A stretch of DNA of 63,731 bases, counting the filler, from Chiloscyllium plagiosum (lineage: Eukaryota), in assembly GCF_004010195.1 (NCBI RefSeq). It is 4 parts of one record of this genome, joined end to end, with 100 filler letters (N's around TTAATTAATTAA, not from the genome) between each part and the next. Parts side by side here need not be neighbours in the genome. Positions count along the whole stretch, not along the records: positions 1 to 15,572 come from NC_057711.1; positions 15,673 to 43,727 come from NC_057711.1; 2 more parts are not named here. The stretch is one strand, 5' to 3'. The notes under the pieces were generated by a model that saw only the letters and a list, made by a program, of their open reading frames with translations, made no database searches and was not told the DNA's origin. Positions 13,294 to 25,602 of the stretch are shown here, one piece after another. Made by a program: the position numbers and the translations under genes. Numbering within the stretch: the stretch's first letter is position 1; every line of letters starts with the position of its first letter.

Positions 13294-15572
13294 ATGGCTG
13301 ATCAGTCGGTTAAGTGGTGCACCTGGAATGTCAAGGGGAGTAATTCACCAGTCAAAAGGAAGAAAATATTATCAAATCTTAAGGAGGAAAGAGTTGATAT
13401 AGCTCTCCTACAGGAGACACACCTGTCGGATAAAGAACACTTGAAATTACAAATGTGTGGATTTCATCAGGCCTTTTTTTCTTCTTTTAGCTCAAAAAGC
13501 AGGGGAGTTGTTATTCTTGTTCGGAAGAATTTCCCTTTCAAAATCCTAAATCAGATAAAAGATGAATCTGGACGATATATTTTGATTAAAGCCCTTATAA
13601 ATGGAGAGGAATATGGGATTTTAAATTTGTACTGCCCCCCGGCACACCCCTTTAAATTTATAACGGAAGCCTTTTCAAAGTTGATGGCTTTTGGTGCCCG
13701 TCATACAATTATAGGGGGAGACTTTAATTGTATTATGGATCTGGAAATAGATAGGGTTCCCAAGAGTACTGCAGGAGTATCTCCCAGATCTAGACAATTG
13801 GTGGATCTGAACAAAGAATTAGGATTAGTAGATGTATGGAGATGTCTTCATCCACAGGGCAGAGATTTTTCTTTCTACTCCAATCCACATAAATGTCATA
13901 CCAGAATTGATATGTTTTTAGCCCCCTCGATTTTTTAAAATTCCGTATCATCCTGTAAAATAGGCAGTATAGCAATTTCCGACCACGCTGCTGTATATAT
14001 GGAAACTAAGGCTACTCCAATCCACATAAATGTCATACCAGAATTGATATGTTTTTAGCCCCCTCGATTTTTTAAAATTCCGTATCATCCTGTAAAATAG
14101 GTAGTATAGCAATTTCCGACCACGCTGCTGTATATATGGAAACTAAGGCGAGGAACAATGGGACATCCCCTCGACATTGGCGTATGGACCCCTTCCTAAT
14201 GAAAGATAGTAAATTTGTAAAGTACTTCTCCCAAGAATTTAAAACTTTTTTAGAAATTAATTCAGGTACAGCTAGCAACCCATAAATGATGAAAGCTTAC
14301 ACGCGAGGTTTGATCATCTCCTACTCAGCGACACAGAAATAATTGAAGGGAGAACAACAGTGACTGCTTAAAGCTCGCTTAAAAGCAACTGAAACAGCAT
14401 ACACTGACAGACCTTCTATTATTAAATTGCAAAGGATTACAGCTCTTAGGACAGCTCTAAATACTACACTTACTCAAACGGCTAAGAGGGAAATAGTATT
14501 TGCAAAACAAAGATAATATGAATATGGCGACAAACCGGGTAGATACTTAGCATTTCTTGCAAAGAAAAAAAAGGCCCCTCAGACTATTATGTCTATCAAG
14601 GAAAGTACGGGTATTTTGACTCATGATCATAAAAAGATTAATGCGACCTTTAGAAAATTCTATTCTGAGTTATATAAATCACAGGATTGTGAAGATAGGA
14701 CAAAGAGGATGCAGTCATTTTTTAAAAATTTGACTTTTCCAGACCTAACTCCGGAACAAGTATCGGCCCTAAATGCTCCTCTTACACCCCAAGAAATAGT
14801 TGATGCAATTAGGCACCTTCAAAATGGTAAGACGCCGGGCCCAGATGGCTTTCAAGCTGAATTCTATAAAGAATTTACAGAAATACTGGTTGGTCCACTT
14901 ATGGACATGTATAACTATGCATATAGCCAGGGCTGTCCCCCCCCTTCGCTGAAAGAGGCAAATATCTCTCTTATCCTTAAAAAAGGAAAGGACACAGAAG
15001 ATTGTACATCATACAGACCAATATCCTTGCTAAATGTAGATTTTAAAATCCTCTCTAAAACGTTAGCACTGAGACTAGAAAGGATACTGCCACATATTAT
15101 AAAGGAGGATCAGACGGGGTTTATTAAGGGCCGTAGATCATCCAATAATGTTAGAAGGGCTCTGAATATGATTCAAGCTTGTCATCAGGGAAAGATACCA
15201 GGAGTAGTGGTTTCATTAGACGCGGAAAAGGCATTTGATAGGGTCGAATGGTCATATTTATTTTACACATTGGAGAGGTTTGGCGTTGGACAGGTGTTTA
15301 CCAAATGGATCTCAACATTGTATAGTGACCCCAAAGCAGTTGTGGTTACCAATGGATTAGGCTCGGATAGCTTCAGTGTGGGTAGGGGCTGCCGTCAGGG
15401 ATGTCCCCCCTCGCCATTGTTATTCACGCTAATAATTGAACCACTAGCAGAAGCGATACGAGCTGATCCTAATATAGTGGCCCCAAGGATTGGTACAGGT
15501 AAACATAAAATTACCCTTTATGCAGATGACGTTCTTCTATTCCTCAGTAACCCTTTGATGTCCATACCTCAC
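13294..15572 (+). pseudogene. L1 ORF2p (APE endonuclease + reverse transcriptase), disrupted
   Basis: TWNVKG, LQETHL, GGDFNC, RIDMFL, SDH endonuclease motifs; PGPDG, YRPISLLNVDFKIL, LDAEKAFDRV, GCRQGCP, LYADD RT motifs. Contains stops and a 137-bp duplication. Confidence 0.92.
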
Positions 15573-15672
15573 NNNNNNNNNNNNNNNNNNNNNNNNNNNN
15601 NNNNNNNNNNNNNNNNTTAATTAATTAANNNNNNNNNNNNNNNNNNNNNNNNNNNNNNNNNNNNNNNNNNNN
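15573..15672. other. Artificial scaffold join (44 N + TTAATTAATTAA + 44 N)
   Basis: The same 100-bp construct occurs three times; TTAATTAATTAA has stops in all six frames. Confidence 0.95.
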
Positions 15673-16458
15673 CCAATTGTCCAAATATCTGAAGCCCTCC
15701 CTCCTACACCATCCTTGCAGCCACATGTTCAACTCACTCTCTCCCTATTCCTTGCCTCACTGTCACGTGGCACCGGCAACAACCCAGAGATGGCGACTCT
15801 GTCCGTCCTAGCTTTTAGCTTCCAGCCTAACTCCCTGAGCTCCTGAATGACCTCCCCACCCCTCTTCCTACCTATGTCGTTGGTGCCAACGTGCACCACG
15901 ACTTCTGGCTGCACAACCTCCCCCTTAAGGATTCTGAAGACACGGTCCGAGACGTCTCGGACCCTGGCACCCGGGAGGCAACAAACCATCCGAGAGTCTC
16001 GCCCATGTCCACAGAACCGCCTGTCTGTCCCTTTAACTAAAGAGTCTCCTATAACTAGCGCTCTCCTCCTCTCCCCCTTTCCCTTTTGAGCCTCAGAGCC
16101 GGACCTCGTGCCAGAGAACCGGTCACTGCAGCTTACTCCTGCTAGGCCGTCCCCCCCAACAGTATCCAAAGCGGTATACTTATTGTTGATGGGAACGACC
16201 ATAGGGGATCCCAGCACTGCCTGCTTCCTCCCCTTCCCACCTCTAACTGTTACCCAGCTACCTCTGTTCTCTGGCGTAACTATGTCCCTGTAGCTTCTAT
16301 CTATCACCCTCTCAGCCTCTCGAATAATCCTCAGTTCATCCAACTCCAGTTCCAGTTCCCTAACTCGTTCTGTGAGGAGCAGGATCTGACTGCAATTCCT
16401 GCGAATGAAGTCAGCAGGAGTATCGGTGGTCACCCCTACCTCAAACATCCTGCAGGAG
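15673..16458 (-). mobile_element. CR1 ORF1 with SGNH/GDSL esterase domain (young copy)
   Basis: 239-aa ORF 15729-16448 with a coiled coil, LVIGDSLV, CLPGARVRDV and VVHVGTNDI. Confidence 0.88.
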
Positions 16459-17814
16459 ATGTGAGGAAAATGTTTTTCACTTGCAAAGTGGTGAGAATTG
16501 AGAACTCAATGCTTGTAAAGGTGGTAGAGGCATGAACCTTTATAACATATAAGAAGTATTTAGATGTGTACTTGTGATGCCAAGTCATACAAGGGTATTG
16601 GCCAAGTGCTGGAAAATAGGATTAGAATGCTTAGGTGGTTGTTTTTGACTGACATAGACTTGATAGGCTAAAGGACCTTTTTCTGTGCTGCAGACCTCTG
16701 AATTTATGACTAGACCTGGTTATTTCATATGTTGACCATGACATTCTCTTACTACATTGAGAATAGCCAATATATAGGTATCTATGTGCATCCTTGCATG
16801 TGTCTGTTGGAATAGGGTTTCTATTCTTTAAAGGAAGAGGGAGGTGTTGTATCATTGCATAGAGACCAGACCAGACAAGCATCATACCTTTAAGACAGAT
16901 GAAATTATTTGTAATGTTGCAGTATAAAGCTACCCCTCCTCACCTTCATTGTCAGGCGTAACAGTAGGAGCAACACTAAAGGTAGTAATCATCATCACCT
17001 GATTGCAATTACTTTATCTTTTTTCTGTGTAGTCAGTAAGCACAGAACCCAGTAAAACTGTAAATTAGTAAATTGAAATTTGTATTTGTATTTATTATGG
17101 TAGTGCAAGGAGTTACATACTTGACCCTGGCAGTAGGAAGACAGTATGCCATCCTGGAATTTCACAGCTAAACTAGTGTGAAGTTCAAGCTTCAAGATGT
17201 CTGTGTCAATAAGAACCAAGTCTTTGTGGTTAATAAGGGCTAACATGTAAGGAATACTCATACCATATCATGCTGCCAGTGGTGTTTTACCCAAAAACTG
17301 CATCAGTTGCTTAGAAATGGTGAACCTGGGCCACACAGAGACAGGGGAGTTAGTCAGTGTAACTGCGCACGTTAAAATGTAGGGGCATATCAAACTCTTT
17401 CACGAGACATCTTACAAGACTGCTGGGAATTGAATTTAGGGAACTAATGTTTTTACTCAGAAATGAATGTTATTATGAGGTTAATTTGCAGTTTATTTTT
17501 AATGTGTTGGAGAGACACGAGCCGAACAAGAAGCACTGTGAACACACAGAAAATCACTGGAAGGAAATCAGTTGTCACTATGCCAGCTTTAGTAAGAAAC
17601 CTTGCTGTGGAGACAGTGGTGAATCTTCACTGGGATTTTGATGTTTGTGAGATTATTGCTATGATATAAGGAATACTGAGAGTTTGAATTTATAATGAAA
17701 TCTTTCCAATTGTCTTGTTTACAATACAGGTCAGTTTCTTGCATTTTGTCAGTGCGATTTGGCTGTAATGTGATTGGTGAATTGAGGAATGATTTTTTAA
17801 AATGCAAATCCTAT

Positions 17815-19072
17815 TGGCTATTATGCGATTCAATCCCCAGTTACCTTAAGTCCACTCTGAGTGTTTACTTCAAGTCAAGCAAAAGAGGTCGGATGACTGG
17901 GCAAATCTTGTCTGACCTTACTGTTGATGTTTTTTGAGGATGTTTTTAGAAATTATTGTAGGAGTAAAGATTTGGATTTCAAGATTCTCCTCATTCTGGA
18001 CAATGCTCCAAGCCAGCCTCCCACCATTGGTGAGCTTTCTGAAAACATCAAAATGCTATTTCTACCTTCAAACAACAGTCTCTTTCATTCAACCCACTGA
18101 CTAGCAATAATAGCTTTTAAAGCTTATTATTTAAGGCGTATATTCGGGAAGCTGATTGCAGCTGCTTAGGGGGATACTGAGGACAGTGTTCTTCAATATT
18201 GGAAGAGTTTTAACATTAAGAATGCTATTGCTATCATTGTCTAGGCCTGAGGTGATGTCAGTAAGCACTGCTTGCATGCAGTTTGATGGAAGCTTCTACC
18301 AAATGTTCTTCATGATTTTAAAGGCATTGAACTGTCGGAGGAGCTTCCAGCAATGAAAGAACATTGTGTCACTCTTGCAAAGCAAGTTGGATTTGAAGAA
18401 GTGGAAACTGATCTACAGCAACTTTTTGCTACGTGGGAAGTTAAAACTCTAGGTGAAGATGAAGTAGTCCAGGATGCAGCATCACGAAAACTTTCCACTT
18501 CTATCCTAGGGGTAGTTGAGAAGCAGTTGCGGCTTTTGGAAAGCAATGACTACAATACAGAGTGCAGCAGGATAGCAGTTCATGGCATAAAGTTTTATCT
18601 GGCACCTTATGAGCAGCTTCTTCATGAAAGGAGAAGGATGGCAAAGCAGCAGAAACTAGATGTCTATTTTAAGCCAACCCCCAAGGAACAGTCTGAGGAC
18701 AATCCCGCGGCCATCCACTTCTGGACTAAATATTTTCTTTTGTTGTAACCCTGTACCCAGAACTACACCTGAAATTAATGATGATGCTACTGATAACCCT
18801 CAACCCCTGTCTTATTACAGTACTTTAATTCAGCAAACTCGAAACCACTTAAAATGTTAAATTTATTGTATTATTTCATGAAAATATATGATTTTAACAT
18901 TTACTTAGACTGTACTATCGTTTGTGTTAGATTAACTACTATTTTTACTGATATTTTTGGTGGTTCGCCCCAACCCTGTTTTCCTCATAGGCCCTATTAT
19001 TTCTATTGTGTGATTTCCTATAACACAAGGTCACATATGACTGCAACTACTGCATTATATCAGAACAGGCTG
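17815..19072 (+). mobile_element. Tigger/pogo-type DNA transposon fossil (DDE domain to right TIR)
   Basis: Frameshifted translation KILLILDNAPSQP..ENIKMLFLPSN..IQP...FKAYYLRRIF..WKSFNIKNAI..LAKQVGFEEV. Ends ...CAGGCTG|TA at 19072-19074. Confidence 0.8.
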
Positions 19073-20269
19073 TAATATAGTTCATGATTTCATTATTGAA
19101 TAAATGATTTTCAGTTTATATTAAAATATACTAGAAGACTATTGTGAATGCAGTAACTGGCCTCCACAGTTTAAGTAACAGAAAATAAGTTATTTGCTGA
19201 ACTATGGATTTGAAACTTGCAAGGCTTAAATGAACTGCTGGAGTGCAAGAAATAGCAACTATTAAGTTTTTTATTTAAAAAAGTGAATGATAGGGCCAAT
19301 GTAGAACAGACATTTGTAAGATGTGCACAAATATTTTTTGTCATGTCCTGAAAGATCCCTGTACCAACTTCTGAACATGGATCTGGTGCTGAATTAGGAA
19401 TTCAATATTTCATGGGTGCAAACAGAAGGAAATGTGTGATGGACCATTTTTCACTCATTTAGGTGAAGTTACCACAAATGGATGGTGCACTTTACTTCAT
19501 TGGACGTGGCCAATGTAATGTTGAAATAATTTATTTAGAATTCTGGGACATTTTGCATAGCATTGTTCAGTGAATAAAACAAAATGCAATTTTACGAACA
19601 AAACTGCTTGGCTGCTAGGTTTTGACACCACAGGGGAGATGTTTTGCTGTAGTGTTTCTGTGGAGGAATAAACTATCTATTTGATGGATTGGAGAATGAA
19701 CCTCAAGTATGGTAGACGTGGGTGCTGGAATGTGAGATTCAGTTTATTGATGGATTCCTAATTGGGAGAACTGTTTCAAACTATTCCTAGATTGCCAGGC
19801 GCCGGCAGTTAGAATGTAATGGAAACTTGCATACTGGCCTCTGGTCCAGGGCCTATTGGTTGCAACTTTATCAAACAGGAAAGCCATCTTCTATGATATG
19901 TTTGTCTGTTCAACATATCATTTTTGTGGTTGGGGAGAATAGAGTCGGGATTGAGGTTGACTCAGCATGTTTTCATTCAGACAGATGTAAATATTGTGAA
20001 TGTATAGTGCTATCTGCATTGTAGCTATTACTTCAATAATCCACTTGGAAAAATTTGCAGAGTTAATGATTAAAGAATTCAGTATACACAGTTCATTAAA
20101 TTCCATCTTTTATGCCAACTTTCACATTTTATTTAACACAATTTGAGCAAAGTAATTAATATGTTTTAGCCTCTTGATGTCCAAAGAGTTATTAAATACA
20201 TTAGTTTTATTAGAATCCATGATAAGATTACAACTAATGGTAAATTAAAACATGCAATTTACTTAACAG

Positions 20270-20403
20270 GTCAGCTGGAGGTTATATTGGATCGCAGACT
20301 AATGCAAGATGATAACCGTGGTCTTGGCCAAGGACTCAAGGACAATAAAATCACAGCCAATTTGTTCAGAGTTTTGTTGGAGAAACGAATTGGAGTAGAT
20401 GTG
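20270..20403 (+). CDS. MAN2A1: Internal coding exon of Golgi alpha-mannosidase II (GH38 C-terminal region)
   Basis: Acceptor acttaacAG, donor GTaaga, 134 bp (phase 1 to phase 0). Translates (G)[44 protein letters not shown], the conserved alpha-mannosidase [14 protein letters not shown] motif. [13 protein letters not shown] favours MAN2A1 over MAN2A2 (from recall). Absent from the ORF track. Confidence 0.92.
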
Positions 20404-21685
20404 GTAAGACTAATTATGCAATGCCAGTATTTATTTTCTAAGTAAGACAAGCTCAGAACTAAATATTGTCAGAAAGATCTTTTTATTTAAAAGCAGTTAG
20501 AAATAAGAGAATCAGATACTGCAACTTGCGTTTAAATTGTCAAATTTCATGATTGTTATGGTTGTGCATCTTATAATGATGGGTAAAGTACAGGAGGGAT
20601 TGAAGCAGAAACCAATTCAGCAAGCCAACATAGAAATTGAGTTGGAAAAAAATAGTAGTTGTACATGTTCAAAGCTGCGAGGACCACTTGGAAGAGAATA
20701 AGTGATCGTGCAATCTCTTTCACTTCACAAAGAATATTATTCATTATTTCGAATCATACCTTTTAATACTGAGGGGAGTCAGAAGTTTGCTTGAAAGAAT
20801 TCAGACAGTAAATTGAGAGAGAGGTAGGCATAGATTTCTATCTATTTTTAGGTCTCTGAGAAGGCTGGAATTTATTGTCCAGTCCCCAATTTGCCCTTGA
20901 AACGATGGTAGTGAGCCACTTTTTTTCAACCCCTGTAACCCATGTGCTTCAGATAATGGTAAGGAGGGCACAAAAGAACAATAATGTAGTCCCCAAGTTG
21001 GAATGGTGTGTACCTTGGAGTATTATTTGCCGTTGGTCACATTCCATTGCACCTGCTGTCCTGTTGAGCTTCAGCAAGGAAAGAAATCAGCACAGTTTAA
21101 AAATAAAGGCTGTCCACTTTCAGGTGAAACTGTGAAGGAATTATTTTCCCTTAGAAGTTTGTGAATGTTTGGAACTCTCTTCCTCAGAGAATGGTGGAGC
21201 TGAAGTCATTGAATACTTTCAAGGCAGAGATAGATATATTCTTGGCTAACAAAAGAGTCAGTGATTAGCAAGAATAGACAGGGATGTCTACTCAGGCATG
21301 TATGGAGTTGAGACCACAATTCGATCAGAGTGATACATGGAAATGATCAGAGAGAGTTTCATACAATTAACATAGTGGAGTAGCAAGACCACATGAGGTG
21401 TCAAGGTGAATGAGGTGGCAATGAATGTGGATAGGGAGTTTAGGCAAAAAGAGATTAAAGCAAGATAAAATGGCTTTGAACTGTAGAGAGAAAGCATAAT
21501 GAATTGTGATGGAGTTTTGAATCATTGAGGATAAGCAATCATTTGGTGCAGAGCTAAAGAATAAAAGAAGCGAAGATATTATTTTGAAAATACTATTATG
21601 CTATTTGGTTATTTATGGCAGAAGATGAAGATTTGAAATGTGAGATGAGAGGAATGAAACATAATAAAAAGTGTAAACAAAAAAG

Positions 21686-22035
21686 TTCCATTCACCTCAC
21701 ATTTTCCCGCATTAAACTCCATTTGCCAGCTCTCAGCCCAGCTCTGTAGCTTATCTATGTCTCTCTGTGACCTACAACATTCTTCATCACTAACCAAAAT
21801 TCTACCGGCCTTAGTGTCATCCGCAAATTTACTAACTCATCCTTCTACGCACTCATCCAGGTCATTTATATAAATAACAAACAACAGCGGACCAAAACAG
21901 ATCCTTGCAGGACCCCACTGGTAACTGAACTCAAAGATGAATATTTGCCATGAACCACCACCCTCTGTCATCTTTCTGCTAGCCAATTTCTGATTCCAAA
22001 CCACTAAATCACCCTCAATCCCATGCCTCCGTATT
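21686..22035 (-). mobile_element. CR1 RT fragment
   Basis: Minus strand contains KFADDTK and LQSWAESWQMEFNAGKCEV. Confidence 0.8.
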
Positions 22036-22037
22036 TG

Positions 22038-23270
22038 CTGTTAAGTCTTTCATCTTTTAGAATGGGTAGCAGGTTTCAGTTCATTAATATGTAAACCTCA
22101 GAACTTCTTTTAAGTCACATTTTGAGATAACTTAAGATTTTATTAAAAACAGCTCAGACAATGCCTAAAAGGTGTGAGGTTAGAGTCTGTCTGTATCCCA
22201 ATCTTGAGTCAGACTGGTTCTATTTCCAAAGTGGAGTTTACAAAATAGTTACATGGATTGATTGTCTGCATTGACTGTGAGCATTGTTTGAGCAAAATAG
22301 AATGTATCAGCAAATGTAATCCTGCAAATACAAATTCACCCCATAGACTTATATGTATGTGTGCATGCATGAGATAGAGGGTGCACATGAGAGTGTGTGT
22401 TTGCATGTGCAAGCTTGGCAAAGTGTGTGTGAGAGTGTGATGGAGTATAAGCCTATGAGAGGGCGGGTGAGAGTCTGGGGTCTACATGTGTGTGTGCGAG
22501 AGAGAGTGTCTATATGAGAGAAGGTCTGTGTGAATGTGTGAGTATGTAAGAGTGTGTGTGTATGTGTGCTTGTGTGTGTGTGAGGCAGTGTATAGTGTAG
22601 CGGGGTCACCTGTAGTGTGACGTGAACCCAGAGTCCCAGTTGAGGTCATACTCATAGGTTTCGAACTTGGCTATCAGCCTTTGCTTGGCCACTTTACATT
22701 GTTGCCTATCCTGAGGTCGTATGTCCCTGACCACTGGAGTATCCCTGACTGGGAGGGAATGCCCCTGTCTGGTGATTGTTGTGCGGTGTCCATTCATCCA
22801 TTGTCATAGTGTCTCAGGCCGTCAATCCGTGTAATATTTTGTAAATTCCACTTCCGAAGTAGATCCAGTCTGACTCGAGATTGGGATACAAACAGACTCT
22901 AACCTCACATCTTCAATGCATTGTCTAGGCTGAAATATCACTCTTGTATAAAACCTTAAGTTAGCTCGAGAATTTGACTTAAAAGAAATTCAGGGATTTA
23001 CATATTAATGAACCAAAGCCTGCAATCCATTCGAAAAGATGAAAGACTTAACAACAATCTAGGTTTGTTCAATATATCATTTCAGTTAAATGACACTGTA
23101 ATCTTTTGCTATAAATTCTGTGTCTCATGGTCCTGGTCCATAACTACCTGATGAAGGAACAGTGTTCCAAAAGCTAGTGCTCCCAAATAAACCTGTTGAA
23201 CATTAACCTGGTGTTGTGTGATTTTTAACTTTGTCCACCCCAGTCCAATATCGGCTCCTCCACATCATGG
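22038..23270. mobile_element. Penelope-like element with inverted terminal structure
   Basis: About 22038-22285 is the inverted complement of about 22822-23053. Internal minus-strand GIY-YIG C-terminus (MNGHR...SLPV...QRLIAKF...GFTSHY), a GT-rich microsatellite, and a degenerate hammerhead at 23148-23176. Confidence 0.8.
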
Positions 23271-23397
23271 CTACCTTCAAATTCCAAGTAAATGTTCCAT
23301 GCATATATGTAAGTACAGTGATATTCCTTTTCTTGTTGAGATTGTGGCTCATATATGGTGTTCATTTTTTCATATGATGCATTTATTTTCTTTTAAG

Positions 23398-23598
23398 CAT
23401 GATGAAAGTAATAAGGCAGTGAATTATCGTTCATTGTTGAGCCACAAAGTATGTTCCTACTTGAATCATCCAATATTTCCAATGGTTGTGAATCTGAATG
23501 TTGATGGAGTTCCTCCACTACTGAAACTATACAGTCCTCTTACATTATCCATGCCATGTGATATGAGCATACTTAACCTAAGAACTGTAGAAGGAAAG
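23398..23598 (+). CDS. MAN2A1: Next internal coding exon of Golgi alpha-mannosidase II
   Basis: Polypyrimidine tract plus ttttaAG acceptor, donor GTaagc, 201 bp, phase 0-0, in frame with the previous exon. Translates HDESNKAVNYRSLLSHKVCSYLNHPIFPM...YSPLTLSMPCDMSILNLRTVEGK, matching the Y.SLLSH...NHP...PCD...NLRT pattern of MAN2A proteins. Confidence 0.9.
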
Positions 23599-23754
23599 GT
23601 AAGCCTAATATTTTTTGTATTCTTAATATGATAATATTTGAATGATAAATCATATTATATTTTTTGTTTTCTCGAGTGCATCCATAGAAATTGCAGCAAC
23701 AACAAGACTTGTGCCACATAGGATATTTCTAATAGGAAAATGTGAACGTCAAAG

Positions 23755-24256
23755 AGACGTACAGCATGGAATCAGACCTTCCGGTCCAACCCGTCCATGC
23801 CGACCAGATATCCCAACCCAATCTAGTCCCAACTGCCAGCACCCGGCTCATATCCCTCCAAACTCTTCCTATTCATATACACATCCAAATGCCTCTAAAA
23901 TGTTGCAATTGTACCAGCCTCCACCACATCCTCTGGTAGTTCATTCCATACACGTACTACCCTCTGTGTGTAAAAGTTGCCCCTTAGGTCTCTTTTATAT
24001 CTTTCCCCTCTCACCCTAAACCTATGCCCTCTAGTTCTGGACTCCTTGACCCCAGGGAAAAGACTTTGCCTATTTATCCTATCCATGCCCCTCATAATTT
24101 TGTAAACCTCTATAAGGTCACCCCTCAGCCTCCGTCGCTCCAGGAAAAACAGCCCCAGCTTGTTCAGCCTCTCCCTGTAGCTCAGATCCTCCAACCCTGA
24201 AAACATCCTTGTAAATCTTTTCTGAACCCTTTCAAGTTTCACAACATCTTTCCGAT
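23755..24256 (-). mobile_element. Young CR1 3' end
   Basis: KLERVQKRFTRMFSGLEDLSYRERLNKLGLF...RRLRGDLIEVYKIMRG plus 3' UTR. Confidence 0.9.
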
Positions 24257-25602
24257 ATGTGTTGCTTGATAATACAACACTTTATTGTTGCTGAAAAGAA
24301 TTATAGTCTGAACCCTGAGAAATTATCTCAAGTTGGAGAAGAAGCACTTAGTTGTTGGTATTACTGAAATGGGTCAAAACATGAATATTGCTAAAACATT
24401 GTCAAAGCTTTTGATATTGCTGTCATCAGGACAAACAGAAAATTGCAAATTTCAATTGATATTGGTTGGCAAGTCAACTTTAAACATTGTCATGGAGAAA
24501 GCAGTGGGAAATTATGGGGTCCCCAAACTTCTGGGAAATTCAGAAAATATGCAAGGTTTGAACATATTTCTTTTCTTTGCAAAGAACAGGTCGCTGTATC
24601 TGAATGTATGTCACTTCTAGCAAGCATAAATGAACCACATAATGGTCTAGGCTGATTTTTAAAATGATTGTGAGTTGTGCTTTAAGTACACTTAGGATTG
24701 TCCAATCACAGAATTATATCTAACAGTAGATGTTTTGGATTTTGCAAGCATGGGTTTGTTGAGTACTGTCTGTACTCTGCCTATTACAAAGAACTGAAAG
24801 AATATGTGTTTCATTCAAGCAGCCAATTATTGGGATGTGTGGCCTATGTACCTAATGTTACAATAGCACCAAAATTCATATGCAGTATTATTCAATTGTC
24901 TGGTAGGCTGGTCAAGATGGTGGCAGAGTAGGTCACTCCAACAGGAGCTTCTTTCCCCCCTTCTGTTTATTTCCTTTCTTTCTTTCCCTCCTTTTCCCCC
25001 ACTTGGTAGAATAGGCTGGAGGCTTGGAGTGGAGTGGGCTGGTGGCCCGAGCGGAGTGGGGACAGCTAGCAGGCTGGAGGCCTGAGTGATGGGACAGGCT
25101 TAAGGCCCGAGCGATGCAAGATGGCCAGCAGACTGGACACTCGAGCGGGGATGGCTATCAGGCTGGAGGCCCAAGTAGATTAGGCCAGTTATTGGGTTGG
25201 AAACCAATACAGGTGGTCAGCGGCTTACAAGTCCAGGCAGACCATGTGTGGAAGCCCTGTGCACTGATCTACTTTTTAACTTCACACCCTTTTTCTAACT
25301 TATATAGTGAACAACTGGAAGTAATTTAATTTTTTCCTTTTTTTCCCTATTTTTCTGTATTTTGTATCTAAGATCTATACCTAGATGCTTTATATTTAAG
25401 ATGGTGCCAAATGGGGCGACATTGTAAACTTCTGTACTTGAATAAAGGATATTCTAATTCTAGGCAGAATGTCTGAAAAGTTCAGCAGGTCTGTCAGTAT
25501 CTGCAAGGAATAATCAAAGTTAGCATTTCGGGTCAAGTGACCCTTCCTCAGACTGATGGTATCTAGGAAAATGTCAGTTTGGATGAGGAAGATAGGGTGA
25601 GG

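Larger units (their letters stand above)
11660..15572 (+). mobile_element. L1-clade LINE, relatively young, cut by an assembly gap
   Basis: 5' UTR, ORF1, AT-rich inter-ORF spacer and ORF2 (APE endonuclease + RT). The 5' boundary is approximate. Confidence 0.92.

Noticed and set aside
15617..15628. TTAATTAATTAA palindrome recurring at three sites (also in the gaps at 43728-43827 and 51734-51833)
   Set aside because: Always centred in a 100-bp N block; it is a scaffolding linker, not a piggyBac TTAA site or a biological motif.
15729..16448. 239-aa ORF with a GDSL/SGNH esterase motif as a possible host lipase gene
   Set aside because: It is CR1 ORF1; homologous decayed copies sit upstream of CR1 ORF2 at ~37850-38300 and ~43450-43720.
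23218..23631. 137-aa ORF as a standalone gene
   Set aside because: Only 23398-23598 is exon; the remainder is intron and Penelope sequence in the same frame.
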